From NCBI GenBank assembly GCA_021787125.1, contig JAJYMI010000060.1, forward strand, positions 950 to 64,949: 64,000 nucleotides of DNA, given 5' to 3'. Origin of the DNA: Thermoplasmata archaeon (GTDB taxonomy: Archaea; Thermoplasmatota; Thermoplasmata; Thermoplasmatales; GCA-001856825). Numbering within the stretch: position 1 is the stretch's first letter; every line of letters begins with the position of its first letter. A model generated the notes under the pieces. The model worked only from the letters and a program-made list of their open reading frames with translations, was not told the origin of the DNA and searched no databases. The translations under genes and the position numbers were made by a program. Shown here one piece after another: positions 47,209-55,731 of the stretch.

Positions 47209-48060
47209 ATGGATTTAACCATTTACTATATCCTATTAATTTTAATTGCAGCAGTTTTTGCTGGAATCATTGGATCTATGGCGGGATTGGGGGGAGGAGT
47301 CTTGATCGTCCCATTCCTGACGCTATACTTCCATGTCCCAATTTCGCTGGCAATAGGTGCGTCGATAATATCAGTTATTGCGACGTCAAGCGGAGCCGCA
47401 TCTGCCTACGTCAAGGACAAGATTTCAAACATAAGGGTCGGAACCTTTCTTGTCCTGTTCACGACCTCAGGCGCCATAGCCGGAGCATTCCTTGAACACA
47501 TCGCTCCGAAGCAGATCATTTACATCGTTTTCGGCGTCGTGCTCCTGATATCCGTCATCCCTCTTATCAGGAAAATAGGGGAAGTAAATCAGCCGCCAAC
47601 CGTAAAGAATGATCCCATCGCGGAGAAACTCTCACTCAATTCCCACTATCCAAACTATGAAATGAAAAAGGAGATGGACTACAATGTCACCGGGGTGAAG
47701 AGCGGATCCGCAATGATGTTGGTCGCGGGGATACTGTCTGGTCTGCTTGGAATCGGTTCGGGCGTCTTCAAGGTCATTGCAATGGATACGTTCATGAAAT
47801 TGCCAATAAAGGTGTCAACAACCACATCCAATTTCATGATAGGAATGACCGCTGCTGCTAGCGCAGGCATATATTTCTTCAACGGGGAAGTGAACCCGAT
47901 CATAGCAGCACCCGTAGCAATAGGCGTCCTAATCGGAGCCGTCGTTGGGGCGAGACTTCTCGTCAGAACGAAGGGGTCGACGGTCAGAATCATCTTTGGA
48001 ATCATAATCGTGGTCGTGGCCGTTGAAATGCTGTTGAGCGGGGTGGGGATAAGCCTATGA
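47209..48060 (+). CDS. TauE/SafE family anion (sulfite) exporter permease
   Basis: 283 aa with duplicated 4-TM halves and Gly-rich helices (GGGVLIVP). Confidence 0.85.
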   Translation: MDLTIYYILLILIAAVFAGIIGSMAGLGGGVLIVPFLTLYFHVPISLAIGASIISVIATSSGAASAYVKDKISNIRVGTFLVLFTTSGAIAGAFLEHIAPKQIIYIVFGVVLLISVIPLIRKIGEVNQPPTVKNDPIAEKLSLNSHYPNYEMKKEMDYNVTGVKSGSAMMLVAGILSGLLGIGSGVFKVIAMDTFMKLPIKVSTTTSNFMIGMTAAASAGIYFFNGEVNPIIAAPVAIGVLIGAVVGARLLVRTKGSTVRIIFGIIIVVVAVEMLLSGVGISL

Positions 48061-48509
48061 GTCCAGAAGACAGGATGATAGAAATAGAGAGAGAAAAGGA
48101 AGAAGAGGAGGACATTTCTTCAAGGATGCTGTCGGTATACCTGATCTGGAGTGTGCTGATCTCTCTCGGTGTGATTGTGATTGGACTGGTGGCATATCTT
48201 GTAACTTCTTCATCGGGCTACATAAGAGTCCCTCTGGATATTCTTCTCAAGTCTGGTGGACCGACTACGACTGTCTTTCCACACTACCTGAATTCAATCA
48301 CAAACGGAGTCATAATGCTGAAATCATTCGCATTTATTCAGCTAGGAATTCTCCTCCTGATACTTTCACCAATCGGCAGAATATTCCTGCAGATCCTGAT
48401 ATACGTAAAGGAGAGGGACAGACCATTCATCGCCATCGCAACGGTGGTTTTCGTAATACTCGTCATATCGCTGTTCCTGTCCAAGGTCGTGCTGTCTTTC
48501 AAAATTTAG
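48057..48509 (+). CDS. DUF1634-like membrane protein
   Basis: 150 aa, 3-4 TM, ATGA overlap with the TauE gene. This pairing is commonly seen. Confidence 0.65.
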   Translation: MSPEDRMIEIEREKEEEEDISSRMLSVYLIWSVLISLGVIVIGLVAYLVTSSSGYIRVPLDILLKSGGPTTTVFPHYLNSITNGVIMLKSFAFIQLGILLLILSPIGRIFLQILIYVKERDRPFIAIATVVFVILVISLFLSKVVLSFKI

Positions 48510-48614
48510 GGGTGTATGAGGTACCGTTGACCGATCGGGTCACACGAGCTGGCTGAACTCAGCTGACGGAGTTGAATTGCGTATGGCTTGCTGTTAACTT
48601 CGGACCCTGCAAAT

Positions 48615-49091
48615 CTATAGCTTCTTGCCGTATATCGACAGGATGGATCTCATTCCCAAGCCTGTGTAGAATTTGTGGGCGAGAAGATTTTCCGAAGGGA
48701 ACTCGACGGTTATGATGTTACAGCCCTTCTTGCCCTCTTTCGCTACAAGTGCGTCGAGCATTTTCTTTCCCAACCCTCCCTTCCTGAATTCGGGGAGTAG
48801 ATATATCTCCGTTATCCTGAGTTCCTTCTCGGGTTGATAGAAGGGTCTGTCCAGGATCTCTCCCATGACAGCTCCCACGATCTTTCCCTTGAAGTCAGCA
48901 ACTAGCACATCTCTTGTCTCGAGTTTTATTGCGCTTTCGAGGTATTCAAGAACGTTCTTTTCCAGATCCGGAGACACACTGAAAAGGGGATCGTGTTCCG
49001 AGTTGAATTTCTTGAGCCTCATCACCAGATTCGACGCATCTCTTATGTCTTCTTTTTTCAAGTCTCTTATTTTTATTTCTTCCATCATCAT
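48615..49091 (-). CDS. GNAT family N-acetyltransferase
   Basis: RKGGLGKKML acetyl-CoA motif. ATG 49091-49089 overlaps the malic enzyme TGA (ATGA). The longer track ORF would run into the malic enzyme gene. Confidence 0.8.
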   Translation of the reverse strand: MMMEEIKIRDLKKEDIRDASNLVMRLKKFNSEHDPLFSVSPDLEKNVLEYLESAIKLETRDVLVADFKGKIVGAVMGEILDRPFYQPEKELRITEIYLLPEFRKGGLGKKMLDALVAKEGKKGCNIITVEFPSENLLAHKFYTGLGMRSILSIYGKKL

Positions 49092-50422
49092 TTCACCTTC
49101 TTTATAAGCCCCTGGTCCATCATTTTTTCTATCATGTCCCTGTTTCCAGAGATGATTTTCTTGGCACGATCGTAGTATTCTTCCCTGCTCATCTTCACCC
49201 TTGCCTGGTTCTCCTTCACTCCCTCGTCTGCGATTGCTGCTGCGATTCTCGGGAACACTTCCCACTCCTGCATTGTCGGAATGATGTACTGGTCACTGAT
49301 GCCTTTCTCCTCGGCAAATAGTGCCAATTCCTTTGAAGCTCTCACTATCATCGGCTCGTTGATCTTCTTCACTCTTGCATCGAGCGCTCCTCTGAAAACA
49401 CCTGGAAACACCAGGCTGTTGTTGACCTGGTTAGGGAAGTCCGATCTCCCAGTTCCAACTATTTCCGCGCCGTATTCTTTTGCCTCGCTCGGCCATATTT
49501 CCGGTACCGGATTCGCCAAGGCGAAGACGATTGCCCTCTTCTCCATCTTCCTTATCCACTCCCCCTTAATGACCCCCGGTCCGGGTTTAGAGGCTGCTAT
49601 GAGCACATCTGCACCTTCCATTGCGTCCTGGATTTCTCCAGTTATTCTCTTACCGTTTGTCCTTATGCCAAGGTCGTACTTCCATGGATTGGTTTTCATC
49701 AGGACATCCATATCTTCCCTCTCTGGATGTAGGATTCCATGCGAGTCAACCGCCACAATGTTTCCGATATCAAATCCGGCCGCCTCAAACAGTTTTATGG
49801 TCGCAATGTTGGCCGCTCCTGATCCAACCACGACTATCTTAGTGTCTCTCTCGTTCCTTCCAGTTAGCTTTAGCGCATTAAGCAGACCCGCCAGCGTTGC
49901 ACCTGCGGTTCCGAGCTGATCATCGTGCCACACGGGTATGTTCATTTCGTTTCTCAGCGTTTCCAGCAGATAGAAACACTTCGGCGATTCGATGTCTTCC
50001 AGGTTTATTCCTCCGAAGGCGGGCTCGATAGCCTTCACTATGCTCACCATCTGTTCTTTCTCGTGAACGTTTATGGGAATAGGAATGGCGTCCACTCCTC
50101 CAAGGTACTTGAATATCAGGCCCTTGCCTTCCATCACGGGGAGAGAGGCCTCTGGACCAACATTGCCGAGGCCCAGGACTCTTGTACCATCCGTGACTAT
50201 GGCTACGGTGTTCCACTTCCAGGTCATATCATATGCTAGATCCTTGTCCTTGGCTATCTCGAGTGATACCGCTGCAACTCCCGGAGTGTACCACACCGAA
50301 AAGTCATTGAGGCTCCTAACAGGAACTTTGGGTATCGTCTGAATTTTCCCTAGATAATCCTTGGAGTACTTGATGGCAAGCTCAGAGAAATTCTTACCAC
50401 CGCTTTCCCCCTCATTTCTCAT
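49088..50422 (-). CDS. NAD(P)-dependent malic enzyme
   Basis: 444 aa with motifs SVWYTPGVA, VTDGTRVLGLGN, VVVGSGAANIA. Confidence 0.9.
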   Translation of the reverse strand: MRNEGESGGKNFSELAIKYSKDYLGKIQTIPKVPVRSLNDFSVWYTPGVAAVSLEIAKDKDLAYDMTWKWNTVAIVTDGTRVLGLGNVGPEASLPVMEGKGLIFKYLGGVDAIPIPINVHEKEQMVSIVKAIEPAFGGINLEDIESPKCFYLLETLRNEMNIPVWHDDQLGTAGATLAGLLNALKLTGRNERDTKIVVVGSGAANIATIKLFEAAGFDIGNIVAVDSHGILHPEREDMDVLMKTNPWKYDLGIRTNGKRITGEIQDAMEGADVLIAASKPGPGVIKGEWIRKMEKRAIVFALANPVPEIWPSEAKEYGAEIVGTGRSDFPNQVNNSLVFPGVFRGALDARVKKINEPMIVRASKELALFAEEKGISDQYIIPTMQEWEVFPRIAAAIADEGVKENQARVKMSREEYYDRAKKIISGNRDMIEKMMDQGLIKKVK

Positions 50423-50521
50423 ATTACCGTATGGCGAACGAGATGTTAAATGTTGTCAGGATGCCACGCTGGGCACGATTTTAGGCTAATATAACATTTA
50501 TAGAATGGGAACCATACAAAG

Positions 50522-51127
50522 TTGGAATTTATTGACACTGCAAGGCCTCTCGAGTGGAAAAAGTCAGGTAGAAAGTTTTTAGATTACGTTTCCTATCACA
50601 AACCCATGGCCGACTTAAGGGATCAAGTCGTAGAGGATAGAGGTATAATCAAGAAGATTCAGATTGTGTTCCCAGGCTATCACGGTTACAGGGTAAACGA
50701 GGACCTTCGAGATGCTGATGTGATTTTAAAGGACGAATTGTACAAGAAGATGCTCGACGTTATTACAAACTTGAAAGTGGGCGAGAGCTCTCTCGTCAGC
50801 AGTGGCCAGTTCAAGGGATTGGAGTCTATCGGAGTACTGAGGTCCAGGGTGCAGACTGCTGCGGAAGACGTAAAGCACCACGGTGCAGGATATTCGGGTA
50901 TTTCCGCACCCATCAGAGTGGACGCAAAGAAGATCTCCGCACTTTACGATTTGGACATGAAAATATTCGAGCAAATCCAGAATCTCCAGAAGGCAGTCAA
51001 CGCATTCGTTCAGGATTGCACGTCTGGAAATTTAAACCAATCGAGGATTCAGGATGTAAATGCTTCAATAGCAGCCATTACCGATCTCAACAATAGCAGA
51101 GAGACGCTACTGTACGGAGGGGTCTAA
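50522..51127 (+). CDS. Hypothetical protein, first gene of the SPFH/zinc-ribbon module
   Basis: 201 aa, no family recognised. Start is uncertain (TTG 50522 or ATG 50606). The stop TAA abuts the next ATG. Confidence 0.55.
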   Translation: MEFIDTARPLEWKKSGRKFLDYVSYHKPMADLRDQVVEDRGIIKKIQIVFPGYHGYRVNEDLRDADVILKDELYKKMLDVITNLKVGESSLVSSGQFKGLESIGVLRSRVQTAAEDVKHHGAGYSGISAPIRVDAKKISALYDLDMKIFEQIQNLQKAVNAFVQDCTSGNLNQSRIQDVNASIAAITDLNNSRETLLYGGV

Positions 51128-52291
51128 ATGCCTTTCGGTAAGAAAGGAGCTGGCGTTCCCTCTCAGGGAGGGAGCGTCTTTGGTTCCACCACATTCGAAT
51201 GGGAGGATCAGTTCAAACAGGGAAACATAATGTGGAAAGTTCCAAGACTGATAAGACTGAACGACAACGCGGTCGTTCGAGAGGACGAAACAGCTGTCTT
51301 CTTCAGGGACGGTAAGGCCATATGGTACATCGACAAACCGGGTAGATACGCACTTACGGATCTCAATGCTCCCATAGTCGGTGGACTAGTTAAGGCCCTG
51401 ACGGGAATACAGCAGCAGGCATACGTTTACTATTTGCAGAGAAGGATATTTGATGGAAAATTCGGCTCAAAGGAGCCGTATGCATTCAGGGACAAGGATT
51501 TCGACATTGTCATGCTGAGGCTCTTCGGAGACATGAGGTACAGAATATCCGACCCGTCAATCTTCATAAATCAGTTTGTGGGTACGTTCAACATTGAGAC
51601 CAGTGCGGATGTTGAGGACAGGATAAGAGACCAGGTGGTCCTATTGATCTACAATGTACTCGGAAAGATGAAGGACCAGGGGACCTCGGTACTCGATCTT
51701 CCGTCAAATCTGATGAACATCGAAGAGGCAGTGCTTGCCTCGGCCAAGGCTGCGTTCGATCAGTATGGAGTCGAGCTGAACAAGATATCCGGACTAAACA
51801 TCTCTCTTCCGGACACGGTGCAGAAGGCAATAGACACTCGTTCTAGTATGAAGGCGGTCGGGGCGAATTATCTTCAGTATCAGGCCGGTCAGGCCATGGT
51901 GGACGCTGCAAAGAATCCAAGTGGAACTGCAGGAGCGGGAGTAGGACTTGGAATGGGTATGGGAGCGGGCGCAGGAATGGCATATCCGATGGCTTCCAAC
52001 ATTGCTCAGGGCATGAATCAACAGCAACCTCCTCCGGTGGAAAAGAGGGTGAAGAAGTGTCCCAAGTGTCAGACTGAGGCCGACGAGAATGCAAAGTTCT
52101 GTCCATCCTGTGGATTCGATTTTTCCTCAGAGGGACTTATGAAGTGCCCGAACTGCGGGAAGGACATCACAAAGACCTCAAAGTTCTGTCCAGAGTGCGG
52201 TAAATCGATAGTAACAAAATGTCCAAAGTGTGGTACAGAAATTCCCTCTGGCTCCAAGTTCTGTCCCAACTGCGGTGAAAAGGTGAATTAA
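51128..52291 (+). CDS. SPFH (band-7) domain protein with Gly/Met-rich linker and three C-terminal zinc ribbons
   Basis: 387 aa. The N-terminal ~300 aa resemble the COG4260-type SPFH family. Three CPxC-x11-CPxCG units at the C-terminus. Confidence 0.8.
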   Translation: MPFGKKGAGVPSQGGSVFGSTTFEWEDQFKQGNIMWKVPRLIRLNDNAVVREDETAVFFRDGKAIWYIDKPGRYALTDLNAPIVGGLVKALTGIQQQAYVYYLQRRIFDGKFGSKEPYAFRDKDFDIVMLRLFGDMRYRISDPSIFINQFVGTFNIETSADVEDRIRDQVVLLIYNVLGKMKDQGTSVLDLPSNLMNIEEAVLASAKAAFDQYGVELNKISGLNISLPDTVQKAIDTRSSMKAVGANYLQYQAGQAMVDAAKNPSGTAGAGVGLGMGMGAGAGMAYPMASNIAQGMNQQQPPPVEKRVKKCPKCQTEADENAKFCPSCGFDFSSEGLMKCPNCGKDITKTSKFCPECGKSIVTKCPKCGTEIPSGSKFCPNCGEKVN

Positions 52292-52292
52292 A

Positions 52293-53222
52293 ATGTACTG
52301 TAGGAAGTGCGGATCCCAGATCCCAGACGATTCAGAATTCTGTCCGAAGTGCGGGACTTCCCAGAAGCTAGGCTCGTCCGCTCCATCTGAGAGCGGGAAT
52401 GAGAAGTCACAAAACCAAGAACAGATCCTGAAGGAAATGAAATGCCCGAACTGCGGTGCTCCCCTCAACCCGGCATCTGGAGAGGCTATGGTGGTTTGCA
52501 GTTACTGTGGAACTTCTGTCTCACTTGGATCCCTCGGATGGAGCCGGGTGGAGAAGCACTTCATTCTCGACATCAAGGTCCAGATGAAGGATCAGGCGGA
52601 GCAGATTTCCAAGGCATTCCTTGACAACAGCATTTTTCACAGGCATCTATTCGAAAAGAGTGAGCTGAAGAAGATCGAACTCGACTACCTTCCATACTGG
52701 ATAATGGATGCTGGCTATTCCGCACAGTATCAGTATAAGAGAGAACAGGTAAATCCAGGAGGGTTCGTTGCAGTAGGTATGGGAGGAAGGGGTGGATTCG
52801 GCGGCCCAACGGTCAACGTTCAGACCATAGTGGAGTCTGGGTCGGATGTGAACGAAGTGAATTACCCCGTAATTGCCATTGAGAACATGAATCAGTACCA
52901 ACCCCCAGATTATGTGTTCAACCTCGCGGATAAGAGACCGATTGGACAGAGTGACGTGAACGGTCCGATAAAGCTAATGAACGGGAGCCTGGGTGAGGAG
53001 AAGGCGAGAATGGAAGGAAAGATCAGGATTCAGCAGTGGGAGATTAGGAGATTGCAGAGGAGCGTCCACGGCTTCATGTCAGCTAACGTGAGCGTCGATA
53101 TAGCAGACATGTTTTTGGTCCATATTCCGGTGTGGTCACTTCAGTTCCAGCACAAGGATGAGTCAATATTCCTTCTCATAGATGCTCACAACTCTAGGGT
53201 CATGGAAGAAACAAAGGCGTGA
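52293..53222 (+). CDS. Double zinc-ribbon protein with uncharacterised C-terminal domain
   Basis: 309 aa. CRKCG...CPKCG and CPNCG...CSYCG ribbons followed by an unrecognised ~230-aa domain. 1-nt gap after the SPFH gene. Confidence 0.7.
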   Translation: MYCRKCGSQIPDDSEFCPKCGTSQKLGSSAPSESGNEKSQNQEQILKEMKCPNCGAPLNPASGEAMVVCSYCGTSVSLGSLGWSRVEKHFILDIKVQMKDQAEQISKAFLDNSIFHRHLFEKSELKKIELDYLPYWIMDAGYSAQYQYKREQVNPGGFVAVGMGGRGGFGGPTVNVQTIVESGSDVNEVNYPVIAIENMNQYQPPDYVFNLADKRPIGQSDVNGPIKLMNGSLGEEKARMEGKIRIQQWEIRRLQRSVHGFMSANVSVDIADMFLVHIPVWSLQFQHKDESIFLLIDAHNSRVMEETKA

Positions 53223-53238
53223 ACTGGTTGGTCCGAAC

Positions 53239-53287
53239 TTCCCGCTTCTGATACTTGGACTGAAAGGGAGCTTGAAGCGGGAATTTT
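53239..53287 (+). terminator. Strong hairpin plus TTTT after the three-gene module
   Basis: Perfect 10-bp stem TTCCCGCTTC (53239-53248) / GAAGCGGGAA (53274-53283), 25-nt loop, then TTTT (53284-53287). Confidence 0.5.
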
Positions 53288-53352
53288 GAAACAACTTTCA
53301 ATCAATTGAAAACCGCCACAATATTTTTTTTGTATGTCAAATTATCTATTTT

Positions 53353-55062
53353 ATGTCGGTACAATTTATGGTTGACTTATCTGAGGCTCATTCCGGAATT
53401 TTAAAAGTACACATGGAATTCCCTTCTTCTGGGAAGGAAGAGATAGTAATGCCCGTCTGGGCGCCCGGATCTTATCTTGTAAGAGACTTCTCTAGACACG
53501 TTTCGAATGTGAGGTCGAATGGAACAGTTGAACAGATGTCCAAGAACAGGTGGTCCATAGTTTCCAAGGGAAAGACTGCTGTGGTGGATTATGATGTCTA
53601 CTGCGATGAACTGACCGTCGACACATCCTATTCCGATAACTCATTCGTGTTGATCAACGGAACGGGTCTCTTCTTCTATGCCGAGGGCGGGAAGGACTGC
53701 GAATTTGTCGTAAAATTCAAGAACGCTGGAAAGTGGAAGATCGCGACTGGGTTGCCAGAGAACAGGGGACAGTATACCGCTGAGGACTACGATCATCTGG
53801 TCGATTCCCCTTTCCTGATCGGAGACCTTCAGATCATAGAGTTCACCGTGAAGAACAAGAAACATTTCATCGCCTGGCAGGGGAGAATGGTCAGAGACAA
53901 GAAAGTCATAACCGAAGATTTCAGGAAGATAGTCGAGGCTGAGGGCAATCTGTATGGTAAATTGCCCTATGAAAATTATTTCTTCTTGATAATGACCGTT
54001 CCGGACGAGTATTATGGTGGTCTAGAACACAAGAACAGCACTGCAATACTCTATCCAGAATACAAGCTAATGGACGACTTTGAGTACAAGATGTTCCTGA
54101 CCACAGTCGCACACGAATTCTTCCACACCTGGAACGTGAAGCGGATAAGACCTAAGGAGCTGGGACCATTCGACTATACAAAAGAGGTTCACACGAACCT
54201 TCTATGGCTGAGTGAAGGTTTCACATCCTATTACGAGTGGGTAGTGCTATGGAGGGCAGGTCTGGTCACCGAGGATGAATACATGAAACACCTTGGCAAG
54301 TACATCGATTTTTACAATCTCCAGCCTGGCCACACACTTCCAGCCGATTCCTCATCATTCAATACCTGGATCAAACTCTATAAGCCAGATGGTAACTCAT
54401 TCAACACGTATATCTCCTACTATCTGAAGGGTGAACTCATGGCATTCGCTCTCAACAGCGAGATCATAAAGGCCACCAAGGGGAAGAAATCTTTGGACGA
54501 TGTTTTCAGGGGTCTCTTTTCAGACTTCAACGCAACGGGAAAGGGCATCGATAAGAAGGACCTGATTGATCAGGTAAAGAAGCTCATTGGGCCAGACGCA
54601 CAGAGGATAGTATCCAGGCTCTCCGAAACACGATACGAAATCAATTTCGATCAGTACCTTAGGGACATGGGCTACAGAGTGAGTCACAGGTATACGGACA
54701 AGAAGACCGGTTCTAGGGGATTCTTGGGGATAATCCTCTCAACGGATGGGGGGAAGCTGGTCGCAAGAAACGTAGTCAAGAAATATCCCGCATATGAGGC
54801 AGGCGTTTTGCCAGGAGACGAACTGGTTGCGATAAATGGACAGCGGTTCACCGAAAACTACACTAGGATCTTTGCCAAGGAACTGAGGTCCAGGAAGCTG
54901 GATTGCATTAAGGATGCGAAACCCGGTGACGATGTGGATCTATACGTGTTCAGGAAACATAACCTGCTCCACTTCAAGATGAAGGCGGCGGATGAGTTGA
55001 AGGAGACGGTCGTTGTCAAGGACAAGGGTTCGAAGATAAAATCAAAGATGATGTCAGGATAG
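53353..55062 (+). CDS. M61 family glycyl aminopeptidase with C-terminal PDZ domain
   Basis: 569 aa. HEFFHTW zinc motif, PDZ-like GVLPGDELVAING. Confidence 0.85.
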   Translation: MSVQFMVDLSEAHSGILKVHMEFPSSGKEEIVMPVWAPGSYLVRDFSRHVSNVRSNGTVEQMSKNRWSIVSKGKTAVVDYDVYCDELTVDTSYSDNSFVLINGTGLFFYAEGGKDCEFVVKFKNAGKWKIATGLPENRGQYTAEDYDHLVDSPFLIGDLQIIEFTVKNKKHFIAWQGRMVRDKKVITEDFRKIVEAEGNLYGKLPYENYFFLIMTVPDEYYGGLEHKNSTAILYPEYKLMDDFEYKMFLTTVAHEFFHTWNVKRIRPKELGPFDYTKEVHTNLLWLSEGFTSYYEWVVLWRAGLVTEDEYMKHLGKYIDFYNLQPGHTLPADSSSFNTWIKLYKPDGNSFNTYISYYLKGELMAFALNSEIIKATKGKKSLDDVFRGLFSDFNATGKGIDKKDLIDQVKKLIGPDAQRIVSRLSETRYEINFDQYLRDMGYRVSHRYTDKKTGSRGFLGIILSTDGGKLVARNVVKKYPAYEAGVLPGDELVAINGQRFTENYTRIFAKELRSRKLDCIKDAKPGDDVDLYVFRKHNLLHFKMKAADELKETVVVKDKGSKIKSKMMSG

Positions 55063-55731
55063 GAAGTTGTCCTTAATCTCCTGAAGGACGTTGATGAACT
55101 GTTCCCTGGTTAGCCTACCAGTGTTAACGTTCCTGGGGCTCGGATGATAGGACCCGTAGAACTGGATTTTTCCAACCCTGTATCCAACGCCGTGCTTGAA
55201 TTGCATTTCTGATACGTCAAAGCCTTTCCCCTTCAGGTATCCCTTGAACGTGTCAAATGCAATCTTTCCAAGCGCAAGAACGACCCTCAGGTTCTTCATA
55301 TTCTCTATCTCAAACTCACGATAATCTCTGCAGTTTTCCAGCTCATCAGGCAATGGTTTGTCGCCTGGTGGAACGCACTTCAGGACCGCAGTAGTGTACA
55401 GCTGATCCAGCTTAAGTCCGTCATCTCTTGATGTGGAATCGGCCTTGTTAGAGAGGCCCACAGCATAGAGGCAGGAGAAGAGGAACGAGGCGCTCTTATC
55501 GCCCGTAAACACTCTACCGGTCCTGTTGCCTCCGGTAGCAGCCGGTGCCAGTCCAAGTATCAGAAGACTTGAATCAATACTTCCGAATCCAGGAACGGGT
55601 TTGCTCCAGAACTTTTCGCCCAGAAATCTGGACCTTCGATCAGCAACCTCCACTCTGAACTTTACAATCCTGGGGCACCTTGTGCAAAGTATCAGCTTGG
55701 AATTCATCTGCTCTATAGACTCGAATCTCAT
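55054..55731 (-). CDS. Uracil-DNA glycosylase, family 4/5 (UDGb-like GLAPA motif), Fe-S type
   Basis: CTRCPR Cys cluster, GLAPAATGGNRTGRVFTGD motif A, HPSPRN motif B. Confidence 0.85.
   Translation of the reverse strand: MRFESIEQMNSKLILCTRCPRIVKFRVEVADRRSRFLGEKFWSKPVPGFGSIDSSLLILGLAPAATGGNRTGRVFTGDKSASFLFSCLYAVGLSNKADSTSRDDGLKLDQLYTTAVLKCVPPGDKPLPDELENCRDYREFEIENMKNLRVVLALGKIAFDTFKGYLKGKGFDVSEMQFKHGVGYRVGKIQFYGSYHPSPRNVNTGRLTREQFINVLQEIKDNFLS

Noticed and set aside
49092-49265. N-terminal 58-aa extension of the GNAT ORF given in the track
   Set aside because: It would overlap the malic enzyme coding region. The extension is Arg/Gly/Glu-rich junk. The internal ATG forms a classic ATGA overlap with the upstream stop, and the GNAT fold starts right after it.
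49281-49919. 212-aa ORF on the + strand, plus several smaller ORFs at 49621-50342
   Set aside because: All are antisense to, or out of frame with, the well-supported malic enzyme gene.
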